Shown here in pieces: positions 13,954 through 22,551 of a DNA stretch of 36,691 nt. The stretch's first letter is position 1; the number at the start of each line of letters is the position of its first letter. The position numbers and the translations under genes are program-made. Source of the stretch: a virus. The stretch lies in the IMG/VR virus record IMGVR_UViG_3300029203_000014. One strand, given 5' to 3'. The notes beneath the pieces were generated by a model that was not told the origin of the DNA, did not search any database, and saw nothing but the letters and a program-made list of their open reading frames with translations.

Positions 13954-15380
13954 CCGGCGCACAGATTCCAAGATACCGCATCGAGCCGGAGCGCGTTACG
14001 ACCGACGGTGCGGACGCCGCAGCGCTGATGGCTGCCTACGGCAATGCGCTGGATGAATGGCAGCAGCTGGTGCTAGACTGCTGGCTGGGCCGGGATGCAT
14101 CCGGGCGGTACACCGTGACCTCTGCCGGGCTGGCCGTGCCCCGGCAAAACGGAAAAAACGTGTGTCTGGAGGGTCGGGAGTTTTTCGGAGTGGTCATCAA
14201 CGGTGAGAAGATCCTGCACACCGCCCATCAGGTGCGCACGGCGAAAAAGAGCTTTAACCGGCTGGCCCGGATGTTTACAGACAAGCGGCACCCGGAGGTG
14301 CTGGAGCTGGTGAAAAACATCCGCTACACCAACGGTGAGGAGTGCATCGAGCTTCTGAACGGCGGGAGCATTGAGTTCTCGGCCCGATCCCGGCAGGCGG
14401 CCCGCGGCTTTGACGGCATCTCGCTGGTGGTCTATGACGAGGCACAGGAACTGACGGACGACCAGGTGGAGGCCATCATGGCCACGCTGGCCGCATCGGC
14501 CACCGGCACCCGGCAGCTGATCTATACCGGAACCCCGCCTTATCCGGGCTGTCCCGGTGACGTATTCCGCCGCCGCCGGACGGCCTGTCTTGGCGCACCG
14601 GGCGCGCACGATGCCTGGCACGAATGGTCAGTGGAGGGAGAGCAGGTTGACAAGATCGACCTAGAAGATCGCGCGGTCTGGTATCAGACTAACCCGGCCA
14701 TGGGCATTCGGCTCAGCGAGGAGTTTGCGGCGGAGGAGTGCCGGAGCATGAGCGCCGACGGCTTTGCCAGAGAACGCCTGGGCTGGTGGAGCCCCGTTCT
14801 GACGGAGCAGAGCGACAAGGCGCTGGATGCCCGGGCCTGGGAAGCCTGTGCCAGCGAGGCGGAAAAGCCGGACGGCAAAACCGCTTACGGCGTCAAGTTT
14901 GCCGCGGATGGTTCCACTGTCTGCCTGTGCGGCGCGGTGATCCCGAAAGATGGCCCGGCCCGCGTCTCGCTGATCGAACAGCAGCCCACCGGCCGCGGCC
15001 TGGCCTGGCTGGTGGACTGGCTGAACGAACGCTATGACCGCGCAAGCTGTGTGGTGATTGATGGCCGCAACGGGGTGGACGTACTGGTGGAGCGCATCCG
15101 TCCCACCTGGAAAGCCAAAAGCGCCGTGCTCCGCCCCTCTGCCAGGGACGTAATCGCATCGGTGGGGCTGTTTACCACCACCGTGAACGAGCGCGGCCTG
15201 ACCTGGTACAAGCCGCAGCAGGCCCTTGCCGAAAGCGCCGTTACTAGCACCAAGCGTCCCATCAGCGGCGGGTATGGCTTTGGCGGCGACAACAGCCTGC
15301 CGCTGGAAGCCTGCGCCCTGGCACTGTGGGGCGCGAAAACCTGCAAACGCGACCCAACCCGCAAAATGCGCATTGGATAA
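13950..15380 (+). CDS. terL: Terminase large subunit
   Basis: 476 aa; Walker A-like VPRQNGKN, Walker B LVVYDEAQE, C-terminal nuclease region; located between TerS and portal. Confidence 0.85.
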   Translation: MTGAQIPRYRIEPERVTTDGADAAALMAAYGNALDEWQQLVLDCWLGRDASGRYTVTSAGLAVPRQNGKNVCLEGREFFGVVINGEKILHTAHQVRTAKKSFNRLARMFTDKRHPEVLELVKNIRYTNGEECIELLNGGSIEFSARSRQAARGFDGISLVVYDEAQELTDDQVEAIMATLAASATGTRQLIYTGTPPYPGCPGDVFRRRRTACLGAPGAHDAWHEWSVEGEQVDKIDLEDRAVWYQTNPAMGIRLSEEFAAEECRSMSADGFARERLGWWSPVLTEQSDKALDARAWEACASEAEKPDGKTAYGVKFAADGSTVCLCGAVIPKDGPARVSLIEQQPTGRGLAWLVDWLNERYDRASCVVIDGRNGVDVLVERIRPTWKAKSAVLRPSARDVIASVGLFTTTVNERGLTWYKPQQALAESAVTSTKRPISGGYGFGGDNSLPLEACALALWGAKTCKRDPTRKMRIG

Positions 15381-15389
15381 AGGAGAACC

Positions 15390-16805
15390 ATGACGACTAC
15401 CCTAAATTTTGGTATTGTGGCCGGGCTGACCGCCGCGGAACAGCAGCAGCTCAGCGACCTGGCCGAGGCGTACACCTATCACCAGAGCCGCAACGCCACC
15501 AAAGACAAATATTATGAGGGTCATGTGACCCTGCGGGATGTCAACCTTGGCATTGCCCTGCCCACAGGGCTACGCGGGCTGGAGGTCGGCTGCAGCTGGG
15601 GTCAGAAAGCGGTGGACGTACTGGCCGCCCGCAGTATGTTTGACGGCTTTGTGGGCACCGGCGGCAGTCTGGACAGCCTTGCCCGGCTGGTGGCGGATAA
15701 CCGCCTTGTGGCCGAATACGCCAAAGCCTGCCGTGATGAGCTGAAATACGGCTGCGTGTTTGCCACGCTTTCGGCTGACGATGCGATCGGCTGCCGGATC
15801 CGGTTCCACTCCCCTGCTGCGGCCGCTGCCCTGTGGAGCGGCGAGAAAGGCCGGATCGACTGCGGCCTTGCCATCATCGACACCATGAAGGACGAAAAGG
15901 ACGAAGGGAAATGGACCCCGTCCATCGTCAACTTCTATACCGACACCGCCCTGATCGTACTGACCCGCGAAGGGACCGTTTGGACAGCAAAACGGCATCC
16001 CAATAAGATGGGGCGGCCGCTGATGGAGCCACTGATCTGGAACGCCACCAGCAGCAAGCCGTTTGGCCGCTCCCGGCTGAAACGGCCCATCCGCTCACTG
16101 ATTGACGATTATGTCCGGGTTGTGGCCAACGCCGCCATTGCGCTGGAGTTTGACACCACGCCGCAGAAATACATCCTTGGCGTGACGGATGAGCAGTACG
16201 ATACCATCGTATCGGACAAGTTCCGGCAGTATGTCGGGGCGATCATCGCGGCCACGACCAACCCCGAAACCGGCGAAAAGCCCGCGTTCGGCCAGCTGGC
16301 GCAGGGCAGCCTTTCGCCGCACGTTGAAAAGATGCGGATGACGGCCACCCAGTTTGCCGCTGCCACCGGTCTGACCGTGACCGATGTTGGCGTGGTGAAC
16401 GATGCCAACCCCACCAGCAGCGATGCCATACTGGCCCAGAGCCAGACCCTTGTATTGCTGGCCCAGCAGCTGAACACCGGCAACGGCGATGCACTACGCA
16501 CCATTGCCCGGATGGCCCAGGCCATTGCCCGCAAAGTAACGCTGGATGAGCTGACCGAGGAAGAGCGGGACGTGATGGCCCACTTCAAGAACCCGGCGAT
16601 GCCCAGTGTAGCCGTGACCGCGGATGCCGCCATCAAGATTGCTTCCGCCCGGCAGGAGTTTGCCGCCACCGACACGTTTTTGGAGATGATCGGCTTCGAT
16701 CAGGCCGACATCCGGCGCATCCGGGCGCAGGAACAGCGGGTGCGGGGCCAACAGGTGCTGATGGAGATGGAAGACGATGCAGATAACAGCCAACGCCTGG
16801 AATGA
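15390..16805 (+). CDS. Portal protein
   Basis: 471 aa; position between TerL and the MuF head protein; size and acidic C-terminus typical of SPP1-type portals. Confidence 0.8.
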   Translation: MTTTLNFGIVAGLTAAEQQQLSDLAEAYTYHQSRNATKDKYYEGHVTLRDVNLGIALPTGLRGLEVGCSWGQKAVDVLAARSMFDGFVGTGGSLDSLARLVADNRLVAEYAKACRDELKYGCVFATLSADDAIGCRIRFHSPAAAAALWSGEKGRIDCGLAIIDTMKDEKDEGKWTPSIVNFYTDTALIVLTREGTVWTAKRHPNKMGRPLMEPLIWNATSSKPFGRSRLKRPIRSLIDDYVRVVANAAIALEFDTTPQKYILGVTDEQYDTIVSDKFRQYVGAIIAATTNPETGEKPAFGQLAQGSLSPHVEKMRMTATQFAAATGLTVTDVGVVNDANPTSSDAILAQSQTLVLLAQQLNTGNGDALRTIARMAQAIARKVTLDELTEEERDVMAHFKNPAMPSVAVTADAAIKIASARQEFAATDTFLEMIGFDQADIRRIRAQEQRVRGQQVLMEMEDDADNSQRLE

Positions 16806-18030
16806 GTACATCACCCGGCTATCCCGCCTGAACCGGAAAGCCGGACAGCTCATGCGGGAATACATAGGCTCTCACGGCACCGAAAACACGGCCGACCTGA
16901 TTGCCTACGCTTACGGACTTGTGACGAAATACGGTGAGGGCAGCGCAGAGCTGGCCTGCCAGATGTATGACGCCCTTGCCGAAGCGGCCAACGCCGGGGT
17001 GCCCGCCGCCGAGCCTGCCATACCGGCAGACTATGGCGAGGTTGCCCGCATGGTGAACGCCACCAAGGACCAAAACCCGGCCAACCTGCCCAACGGCGTC
17101 AGCCGCCTGGTCAAGCGTGCCGGGGCCGATACCACCCTGAAAAACGCTGTCCGCGACGGGGCTGAGTGGGCCTGGGTGCCGCACGGCGATACCTGCCCGT
17201 TCTGCATCACGCTGGCAAGCAACGGCTGGCAGAAAGCCAGCAGCAAGGTGCTGAAAGGCGGCCACGCCGACCACATCCACGCCAACTGCGACTGTGAGTT
17301 TGCCATCCGGTTTGACCACAATACCACTGTGGCGGGATATGACCCGGAAAAATACCTGAAACAGTACCGGGATGCGGGCGGAGACATCAACAAAATGCGG
17401 CGGGTGAACTACGCCGCCAACAAGGAGCGCATCAATGCCCAGAAACGGGCGGCGTATGCCGAAAGACAAAAGTATTTGATCAGTGCTGCTGAGAGAGGGA
17501 AAGGTCCCATTACGAAAATCACTGATTCCGTAATCAATGATTTCCCCGCTGTTAAGGTCGATTGGTTTACCGAAGATCAAAACAAGCAATTTAGATCGTT
17601 ACATAAAGAACTGCTTCAAACTTCTCGCGACAAAAACAACTGCTTTGAAACAGCTTTTATTGTTTCAGGAGATTTAAGTCGAAAGACTATTGTATTTGGC
17701 GATGAAACCACAATCTCTATTCCACCGCTTTCAACTGGCTTAAATAGTTGGATTTTGCATAACCATCCGAGAAACAGCAGCTTTTCAATTGAAGATATCG
17801 CAGCTGTTACTATTCCTGGATATCAGGGAATCACTATCGCCAAAAACAATGGCGGATTGGAAATATTGACGAAATCTCCAAATTGTGATAACATCAGATT
17901 GCAAAATGATGTGCGACGTTTTCTTATAAGAAAACCCAACAAAATATCTGATTCAGACGCACAAAAAATGATTTCAAAATGGGTTGAAAAGGGGTGGGTA
18001 AAGTGGCTGATAGTAGAAAAGCAGAAGTGA
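16777..18030 (+). CDS. MuF/SPP1 gp7-family minor head protein fused to an AT-rich C-terminal RadC/JAB-like module
   Basis: MuF signatures WVPHGDTCPFC and HANCDCEF. From about nt 17465 the composition drops sharply. C-terminal motif E291...H328-N-H330-P...S337..D340. Confidence 0.8.
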   Translation: MQITANAWNEYITRLSRLNRKAGQLMREYIGSHGTENTADLIAYAYGLVTKYGEGSAELACQMYDALAEAANAGVPAAEPAIPADYGEVARMVNATKDQNPANLPNGVSRLVKRAGADTTLKNAVRDGAEWAWVPHGDTCPFCITLASNGWQKASSKVLKGGHADHIHANCDCEFAIRFDHNTTVAGYDPEKYLKQYRDAGGDINKMRRVNYAANKERINAQKRAAYAERQKYLISAAERGKGPITKITDSVINDFPAVKVDWFTEDQNKQFRSLHKELLQTSRDKNNCFETAFIVSGDLSRKTIVFGDETTISIPPLSTGLNSWILHNHPRNSSFSIEDIAAVTIPGYQGITIAKNNGGLEILTKSPNCDNIRLQNDVRRFLIRKPNKISDSDAQKMISKWVEKGWVKWLIVEKQK

Positions 18031-18167
18031 ATTTTTCGGATTTTGAAGCGGTGGATTTTAGCGATTCCGACCTTGTACTGGATGGCGATTCGGAAGCATT
18101 TGCCAAGTGGTATTTGGAAAAAACAAAGTCACTTGCTCCGCTGGATGACATCAAAGAAGACACCTGA
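18027..18167 (+). CDS. Acidic micro-ORF (46 aa) overlapping the MuF stop
   Basis: GTGA overlap (GTG 18027 / TGA 18028-18030). 13 Asp+Glu against 4 Lys. In the same AT-rich island. Followed by a weak hairpin plus T run. No strong SD. Confidence 0.35.
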   Translation: MNFSDFEAVDFSDSDLVLDGDSEAFAKWYLEKTKSLAPLDDIKEDT

Positions 18168-18234
18168 ACCACGATGCACACGCACCGTGGTATTTTTATG
18201 CCCATTTTTACGAAAAGGATTCAAGGAGGACGAC

Positions 18235-18501
18235 ATGGAACTGAAAGACACTGTAAAAGGCATGATGAGTGACGACTACAAAGAGCGCATGGCAGCCGAG
18301 TATCATCAGACCAAAATCCGTTACGAGAAGCTCAAAAAGCTGAACACCAGAATGGAGGCAAAAGTAATTTGCACATCCAGCGCGGACGAGCCCCAGCTGG
18401 ATGGTACGCCCGCACGCCTGTTGCGTGATCAGCAGCGCATTATGGGGGAGTATCTTCACATTCTGGAACTTCGGGCGGAGATTGAAGAAATCTTCATCTG
18501 A
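18235..18501 (+). CDS. Small helical phage protein (88 aa; crAss001_48-like family by eye)
   Basis: AAGGAGG SD and ATG 18235 (internal to track ORF 18043-18501); ...RMAAEYHQTKIRYEKLKKL...LLRDQQRIMGEYLHILELRAEIE. Confidence 0.6.
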   Translation: MELKDTVKGMMSDDYKERMAAEYHQTKIRYEKLKKLNTRMEAKVICTSSADEPQLDGTPARLLRDQQRIMGEYLHILELRAEIEEIFI

Positions 18502-18511
18502 ATTTTTTCAT

Positions 18512-18547
18512 GTGCTTTTGCACTCAACTGCAAAGGCACTTTTATTA
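18512..18547 (+). terminator. Intrinsic terminator
   Basis: GTGCTTTTGCA/TGCAAAGGCAC 11-bp stem (one G-U), CTCAAC loop, TTTTATTA; a second GC hairpin plus T5 follows at 18549-18588. Confidence 0.65.
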
Positions 18548-18687
18548 TGCCCACCCCAGCCGCACGAGGCCGGGGCGGGCACTTTTTATACCCATTTATT
18601 CCCCAAAACATGCCCGGCATGGCGTAAAACTGTACAGCCAAAGCGGATGCGACCCGCGTAAACAAAGCGCAGGCAGAAAGGACACCT

Positions 18688-19224
18688 ATGAAACGTGAAG
18701 AAGTCAAAGCCAAAATTCCCGGCATCACCGATGAGCAGCTGGACTGGCTGATGGGCGAAAACGGCAGGGATATCACCGCCGAAAAGACCAAAGCCACCAA
18801 CCTGCAGATCCAGGTGAACGGCCTGACCACCCAGCTGAACACCGCCAAAGACAGCCTGAAAGCCTTTGAAGGCGTGGACGTGGCCGACCTGAAAGGCCAG
18901 ATCACCAAGCTTCAGGGTCAGCTGACCGATCAGGCCGACAGCTTTGCCTTTGATTCCGCCCTGGACGGCGCAATCCGTGACGCGCACGGGCGTGACGTGA
19001 AGGCCATCCGCGGCATGCTGGATGTGGACGCGCTGAAAGCCAGCAAGGACCGCACCACCGACATCAAGGCCGCGCTGGATGCCCTGACCAAAGAAAAAGC
19101 CTGGGCCTTTGATGCCGCCCCCGGCGGCTACCCCAACGTCCGCGACGGCGGAGACCCGAACAAAACCCCAACCGGTTCCACGCGCGAGCAGTTCGCCGCG
19201 TGGTTTGACCAGGTGACAAAGTAA
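18688..19224 (+). CDS. Head scaffolding protein
   Basis: 178 aa; coiled-coil-rich (LQIQVNGLTTQLNTAKDSLKAFE...), immediately upstream of the capsid gene. Confidence 0.75.
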   Translation: MKREEVKAKIPGITDEQLDWLMGENGRDITAEKTKATNLQIQVNGLTTQLNTAKDSLKAFEGVDVADLKGQITKLQGQLTDQADSFAFDSALDGAIRDAHGRDVKAIRGMLDVDALKASKDRTTDIKAALDALTKEKAWAFDAAPGGYPNVRDGGDPNKTPTGSTREQFAAWFDQVTK

Positions 19225-19236
19225 AGGAGCAAAAGT

Positions 19237-20121
19237 ATGGCATCTATTGACATCAACCGCACGACTACTATTTCCCTGCCGGGCAGCGTGTCCAGCGAAA
19301 TTTTGCAGAAAACCCAGGAATCCAGCGCCATCATGGCACTGGCCCGGCAGATTCCGCTGCCCGGCCTGGGCGTAACCATCCCCGTTATCACCGGCGACCC
19401 CGAAGCGGGCTGGGTCGGTGAGACCGAGAAAAAGCCGGTCAAGCGCGGCACCCTGGCCACCAAGCAGATGACGCCCTATACCCTGGCCGTCATCGTACCG
19501 TTTTCCAACCAGTTCCGCCGCGATGTGCCCGCCCTGTATGATCAGCTGGTGCAGCGTCTGCCCGGCGCTCTGGCCAAAAAGTTTGACCAGACCGTGTTCG
19601 GGGCGGTGGAAGCCCCCGGCTCCAACTTCGATACCCTGAAAGCCTGCACGGCCCAGAGCATCCTGACCAATGCCTACGGCGGTCTGGTTGCCGCCGATGC
19701 AGACATCGCCGCCCATGACGGCATTCTGAACGGCTGGGTGCTGGCCCCGCAGGGCAAGGCCATCCTGCTGAACGCGGTGGACGGCAATAAGCGTCCCCTG
19801 TTCATCAACAGCGTGGCCGAAGGCGCAGTGCCCATGATTCTGGGCGCGCAGGTGCGCCAGAGCAAGGGCGCCTACACGGCCAACACGGCCAGCGATGCCG
19901 CCGTGGTCGGCTTTGCGGGCGACTGGACGCAGGCGGTGTACGGCACCGTGGAGGGCGTGCAGATCGCCATTTCCGACCAGGCCACCCTGACCGACGGTTC
20001 CACCACCATCAACCTGTTTGAACAGAACATGTTCGCCGTGCGCGCCGAGATCGAAGTCGGCTTCCGCTGCGACACCACGGTGTTCAACAAGCTGACCGGC
20101 GCAGCCAAAACGGGGTCCTGA
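19237..20121 (+). CDS. Major capsid protein (HK97 fold type)
   Basis: 294 aa; AAGGAG SD; position after the scaffold; sequence style of the phage major capsid family. Confidence 0.8.
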   Translation: MASIDINRTTTISLPGSVSSEILQKTQESSAIMALARQIPLPGLGVTIPVITGDPEAGWVGETEKKPVKRGTLATKQMTPYTLAVIVPFSNQFRRDVPALYDQLVQRLPGALAKKFDQTVFGAVEAPGSNFDTLKACTAQSILTNAYGGLVAADADIAAHDGILNGWVLAPQGKAILLNAVDGNKRPLFINSVAEGAVPMILGAQVRQSKGAYTANTASDAAVVGFAGDWTQAVYGTVEGVQIAISDQATLTDGSTTINLFEQNMFAVRAEIEVGFRCDTTVFNKLTGAAKTGS

Positions 20122-20123
20122 TC

Positions 20124-20387
20124 ATGATTGAATTCAAGAACCGCCTGACCGGCACCCTGATGGCCGTTGCCCCGGAGCGGGAAGCTGAATATCTGGCGGC
20201 AGGGCATACCCGCGTGGATCCTCCGGCGGCCGCCGCCCCGGCCAGGCAGACCGCCGAAGAGCCCGCTGAAGAGCCCACCGCCAAGCAGACCGCCGAAGAG
20301 CCCGCCGAAGAGCCCACCACCAAGCAGACCGCCGCCAAGCAGACCGCCGCCCCGGCCCCGAAGAAGAAAGCCGCCGCCAGGAAATGA
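20124..20387 (+). CDS. Small head-associated protein with repetitive acidic/Pro tail
   Basis: 87 aa; conserved-looking N-terminus MIEFKNRLTGTLMAVAPEREAEYLAAGHTRV, then QTAEEPAEEPT repeats and a Lys-rich end. Confidence 0.6.
   Translation: MIEFKNRLTGTLMAVAPEREAEYLAAGHTRVDPPAAAAPARQTAEEPAEEPTAKQTAEEPAEEPTTKQTAAKQTAAPAPKKKAAARK
20247..20324. repeat. 39-bp tandem repeat x2 (plus partial units to about 20354)
   Basis: CAGACCGCCGAAGAGCCCGC(T/C)GAAGAGCCCACC(G/A)CCAAG twice, in frame within 20124-20387. Confidence 0.9.
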
Positions 20388-20397
20388 GGTGATGGCA

Positions 20398-20775
20398 ATG
20401 GTCTATGCAACCGTGGAAGAGGTCGAAGCCGGGTTCCGCACGCTGAGCGATGACGAAAAGACGCTCTGCAGCGCCCTGCTGGCCGAAGCCGGCATTGTCA
20501 TCGACGCATACAGCCAGGACGCCCCGTTTGAGCGCAAACAGCTGGTATCCTGCCGCATGGTGCGCCGCCAACTGGACGCGGGCACCGGCGGGCAGGGCGC
20601 CGCCATGTACCCAATGGGCGCCACCCAGGCGTCCGCATCGGCGCTGGGCTACCAGCAGAGCTGGACGGTATCCGGCGGCTCGGTCGGAGAGTTGTACCTT
20701 TCCAAGCTGGAAAAGAAGCTGCTGGGCGTCGGCAGCAGGCTGGGCGCACACAGCCCGCTGGAGGACTTATGCTGA
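20398..20775 (+). CDS. Head-tail connector (gp6-like) protein
   Basis: GAGGTG SD 6 nt before ATG 20398 (an in-frame ATG also at 20392); MVYATVEEVEAGFRTLSDDEKTLCSALL... typical head-tail connector N-terminus. Confidence 0.6.
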   Translation: MVYATVEEVEAGFRTLSDDEKTLCSALLAEAGIVIDAYSQDAPFERKQLVSCRMVRRQLDAGTGGQGAAMYPMGATQASASALGYQQSWTVSGGSVGELYLSKLEKKLLGVGSRLGAHSPLEDLC

Positions 20776-21101
20776 AGGGTATCGACATCATCCTGTACGA
20801 AAAGACCAAGACCGGCGAGGACGCTTTCCACGCGCCGATCTACACTGAAACACCAGTCACTGTACACAACGTGCTGGTGGGCGAACCTGCTACGGAGGAC
20901 ATCGTCAACGATTTGCAGCTCTACGGCAGGCGGCTGGCCTATACGCTGGCCCTGCCCAAGGGAGACGCCAACGACTGGCACAACGTGACGGTGGAGCTCT
21001 TCGGGCAAAAATTCCGGACTTACGGCGATGTGGTGCAGGGCATTGAGAACCTGATCCCGCTGTGCTGGAACAAGAAGGTGAAGGTGGAGAAGTATGGGTA
21101 A
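20769..21101 (+). CDS. Head-tail adaptor / head closure protein
   Basis: 110 aa; position and size; overlapping starts and stops with neighbours. Confidence 0.55.
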   Translation: MLKGIDIILYEKTKTGEDAFHAPIYTETPVTVHNVLVGEPATEDIVNDLQLYGRRLAYTLALPKGDANDWHNVTVELFGQKFRTYGDVVQGIENLIPLCWNKKVKVEKYG

Positions 21102-21354
21102 GCTGCGCATCAAACTCAACCGCAAGGGCGTGAGGGAGCTGATGCAAAGCCGGGAAATCATGGACGAGTGCGTGCGGCTTGCCAAGGAGAAAGCCTCCGC
21201 AGCCGGGGACGGTTATGCGGCGGATGACGGTTATGTGGGCAAGACCCGCGCATCGGCCATCGTCTACCCGTCCACATCTGAAGCCCGCAGCGACAACTAC
21301 CGCAACAACACGCTGCTGAAAGTGTTCGGCTGCGCGATGAAAGTGAGGGGCTGA
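21094..21354 (+). CDS. Neck/tail-joining protein (HK97 gp10-like position)
   Basis: 86 aa; position in the connector block. Confidence 0.45.
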   Translation: MGKLRIKLNRKGVRELMQSREIMDECVRLAKEKASAAGDGYAADDGYVGKTRASAIVYPSTSEARSDNYRNNTLLKVFGCAMKVRG

Positions 21355-21356
21355 AA

Positions 21357-21695
21357 ATGATTGAAGCAACAATCCTGGAGTACCTGTCCGGCGCACTGGA
21401 CGTGCCCTGCTATATGGAGCGGCCGCCCGGTGCGCCGGGCACCTTTGCCGTGCTGGAAAAGACCGGGGAAAGCCGGGAAAATTACATCAACACCGCAATT
21501 CTGGCGGTGCAGTCCTATGCACCCACGCTGCTGCACGCGGCAGAACTGAACGAACAGGTCAAAACGGCCATGTTTGGAGCAGCACAGCTGCCCGGCGTAG
21601 CCGCCGTGCACCTGAACAGCGATTACAATTTTACTGACGCATCAAGCAAAACATACCGCTATCAGGCGGTATTTGACGTGACCTACTACGATTAA
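21357..21695 (+). CDS. Tail terminator/completion protein (DUF3168-like)
   Basis: 112 aa; immediately upstream of the major tail protein. Confidence 0.5.
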   Translation: MIEATILEYLSGALDVPCYMERPPGAPGTFAVLEKTGESRENYINTAILAVQSYAPTLLHAAELNEQVKTAMFGAAQLPGVAAVHLNSDYNFTDASSKTYRYQAVFDVTYYD

Positions 21696-21711
21696 CTGAA
21701 AGGATATTACT

Positions 21712-22278
21712 ATGCCTACAGATGTAACCAAAGTGACCGCCGGAAAACCCAAAGTCGGCGGGGCTCTGTTCCGCGCCCCGGCAGGCACTGCCCTGCCTAC
21801 CGATGCCGTCACCGCACTGGCCGAAGCTTACAAGTGCCTCGGCTATGTGTCTGAGGATGGCGTGACAAACTCTACGTCCATTGACAGCGATGAGGTCAAG
21901 GCGTGGGGCGGCGACACCGTGCTGACCCCGCAGACCGGAAAGACCGACACGTTCAAGTTGGCTTTGCTGGAATCACTCAACGTGAACGCGCTCAAATCTT
22001 ATTTTGGCGATGATAACGTAACAGGCACCGACACCGGATCGGGTCTGGTTGTCAAGTGCAACAGCAAGGAGCTGCAGTCCAGCGTCTGGGTGGTGGAGAT
22101 GATTGCAGCCGGAAACATCCCGCACCGTGTGGTTATCCCCAATGCCAAGCCCACCGAGATGGAGGACATCACCTACGTGGACAACGATCCGGTATCCCTG
22201 GGCATGACGCTGACCGCCCTGCCTGACAGCGATGGTAACACGCACTACGAGTATATCGGCGGAACCGCCAGAGGCTAA
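21712..22278 (+). CDS. Major tail protein
   Basis: 188 aa; AAAGGA SD; upstream of the G/GT chaperone pair; phi13/TP901-like sequence style. Confidence 0.75.
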   Translation: MPTDVTKVTAGKPKVGGALFRAPAGTALPTDAVTALAEAYKCLGYVSEDGVTNSTSIDSDEVKAWGGDTVLTPQTGKTDTFKLALLESLNVNALKSYFGDDNVTGTDTGSGLVVKCNSKELQSSVWVVEMIAAGNIPHRVVIPNAKPTEMEDITYVDNDPVSLGMTLTALPDSDGNTHYEYIGGTARG

Positions 22279-22287
22279 GGAGGCACC

Positions 22288-22551
22288 ATGCAAATTACAA
22301 CTACATCCGGTTTTACGTGCGAGATTGACCCCGATGTGCTCAACAATGCATTGCTGATGGACGCTCTCGCCGACTTGAAGAGCGGCAACAGCCTGGAATA
22401 TTCGACCGTCAGTCTGCTGATTCTTGGCAAAGATATCCGTGCCAAGCTCTACGACCATCTGACCAATGAGGCTGGCCGCGTTCCGCTTGAAGACGTGGAC
22501 CGTGAGCTGACGGAGATCCTGCAGGCACTGGGCACCCCGGCAAAAAACTGA
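22288..22551 (+). CDS. Tail assembly chaperone (gpG equivalent)
   Basis: 87 aa; AAGGAGG SD; between the major tail protein and the tape measure; ends 1 nt after the slippery heptamer. Confidence 0.8.
   Translation: MQITTTSGFTCEIDPDVLNNALLMDALADLKSGNSLEYSTVSLLILGKDIRAKLYDHLTNEAGRVPLEDVDRELTEILQALGTPAKN

Noticed and set aside
18043-18234. Upstream extension of ORF 18043-18501
   Set aside because: It crosses a hairpin plus T run and the acidic micro-ORF. The AAGGAGG SD sits directly before ATG 18235, so the short version was called.
18586-19716. 376-aa minus-strand ORF opposite the scaffold and capsid genes
   Set aside because: It is antisense to two strongly supported structural genes and has a Gly/Ala/Gln-rich, non-protein-like composition. 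It is a GC-driven shadow ORF.
20247-20354. Tandem repeats considered as a possible CRISPR array or satellite
   Set aside because: The units abut with no spacers and stay in frame within a coding sequence. No cas genes or repeat-spacer periodicity are present anywhere in the window.
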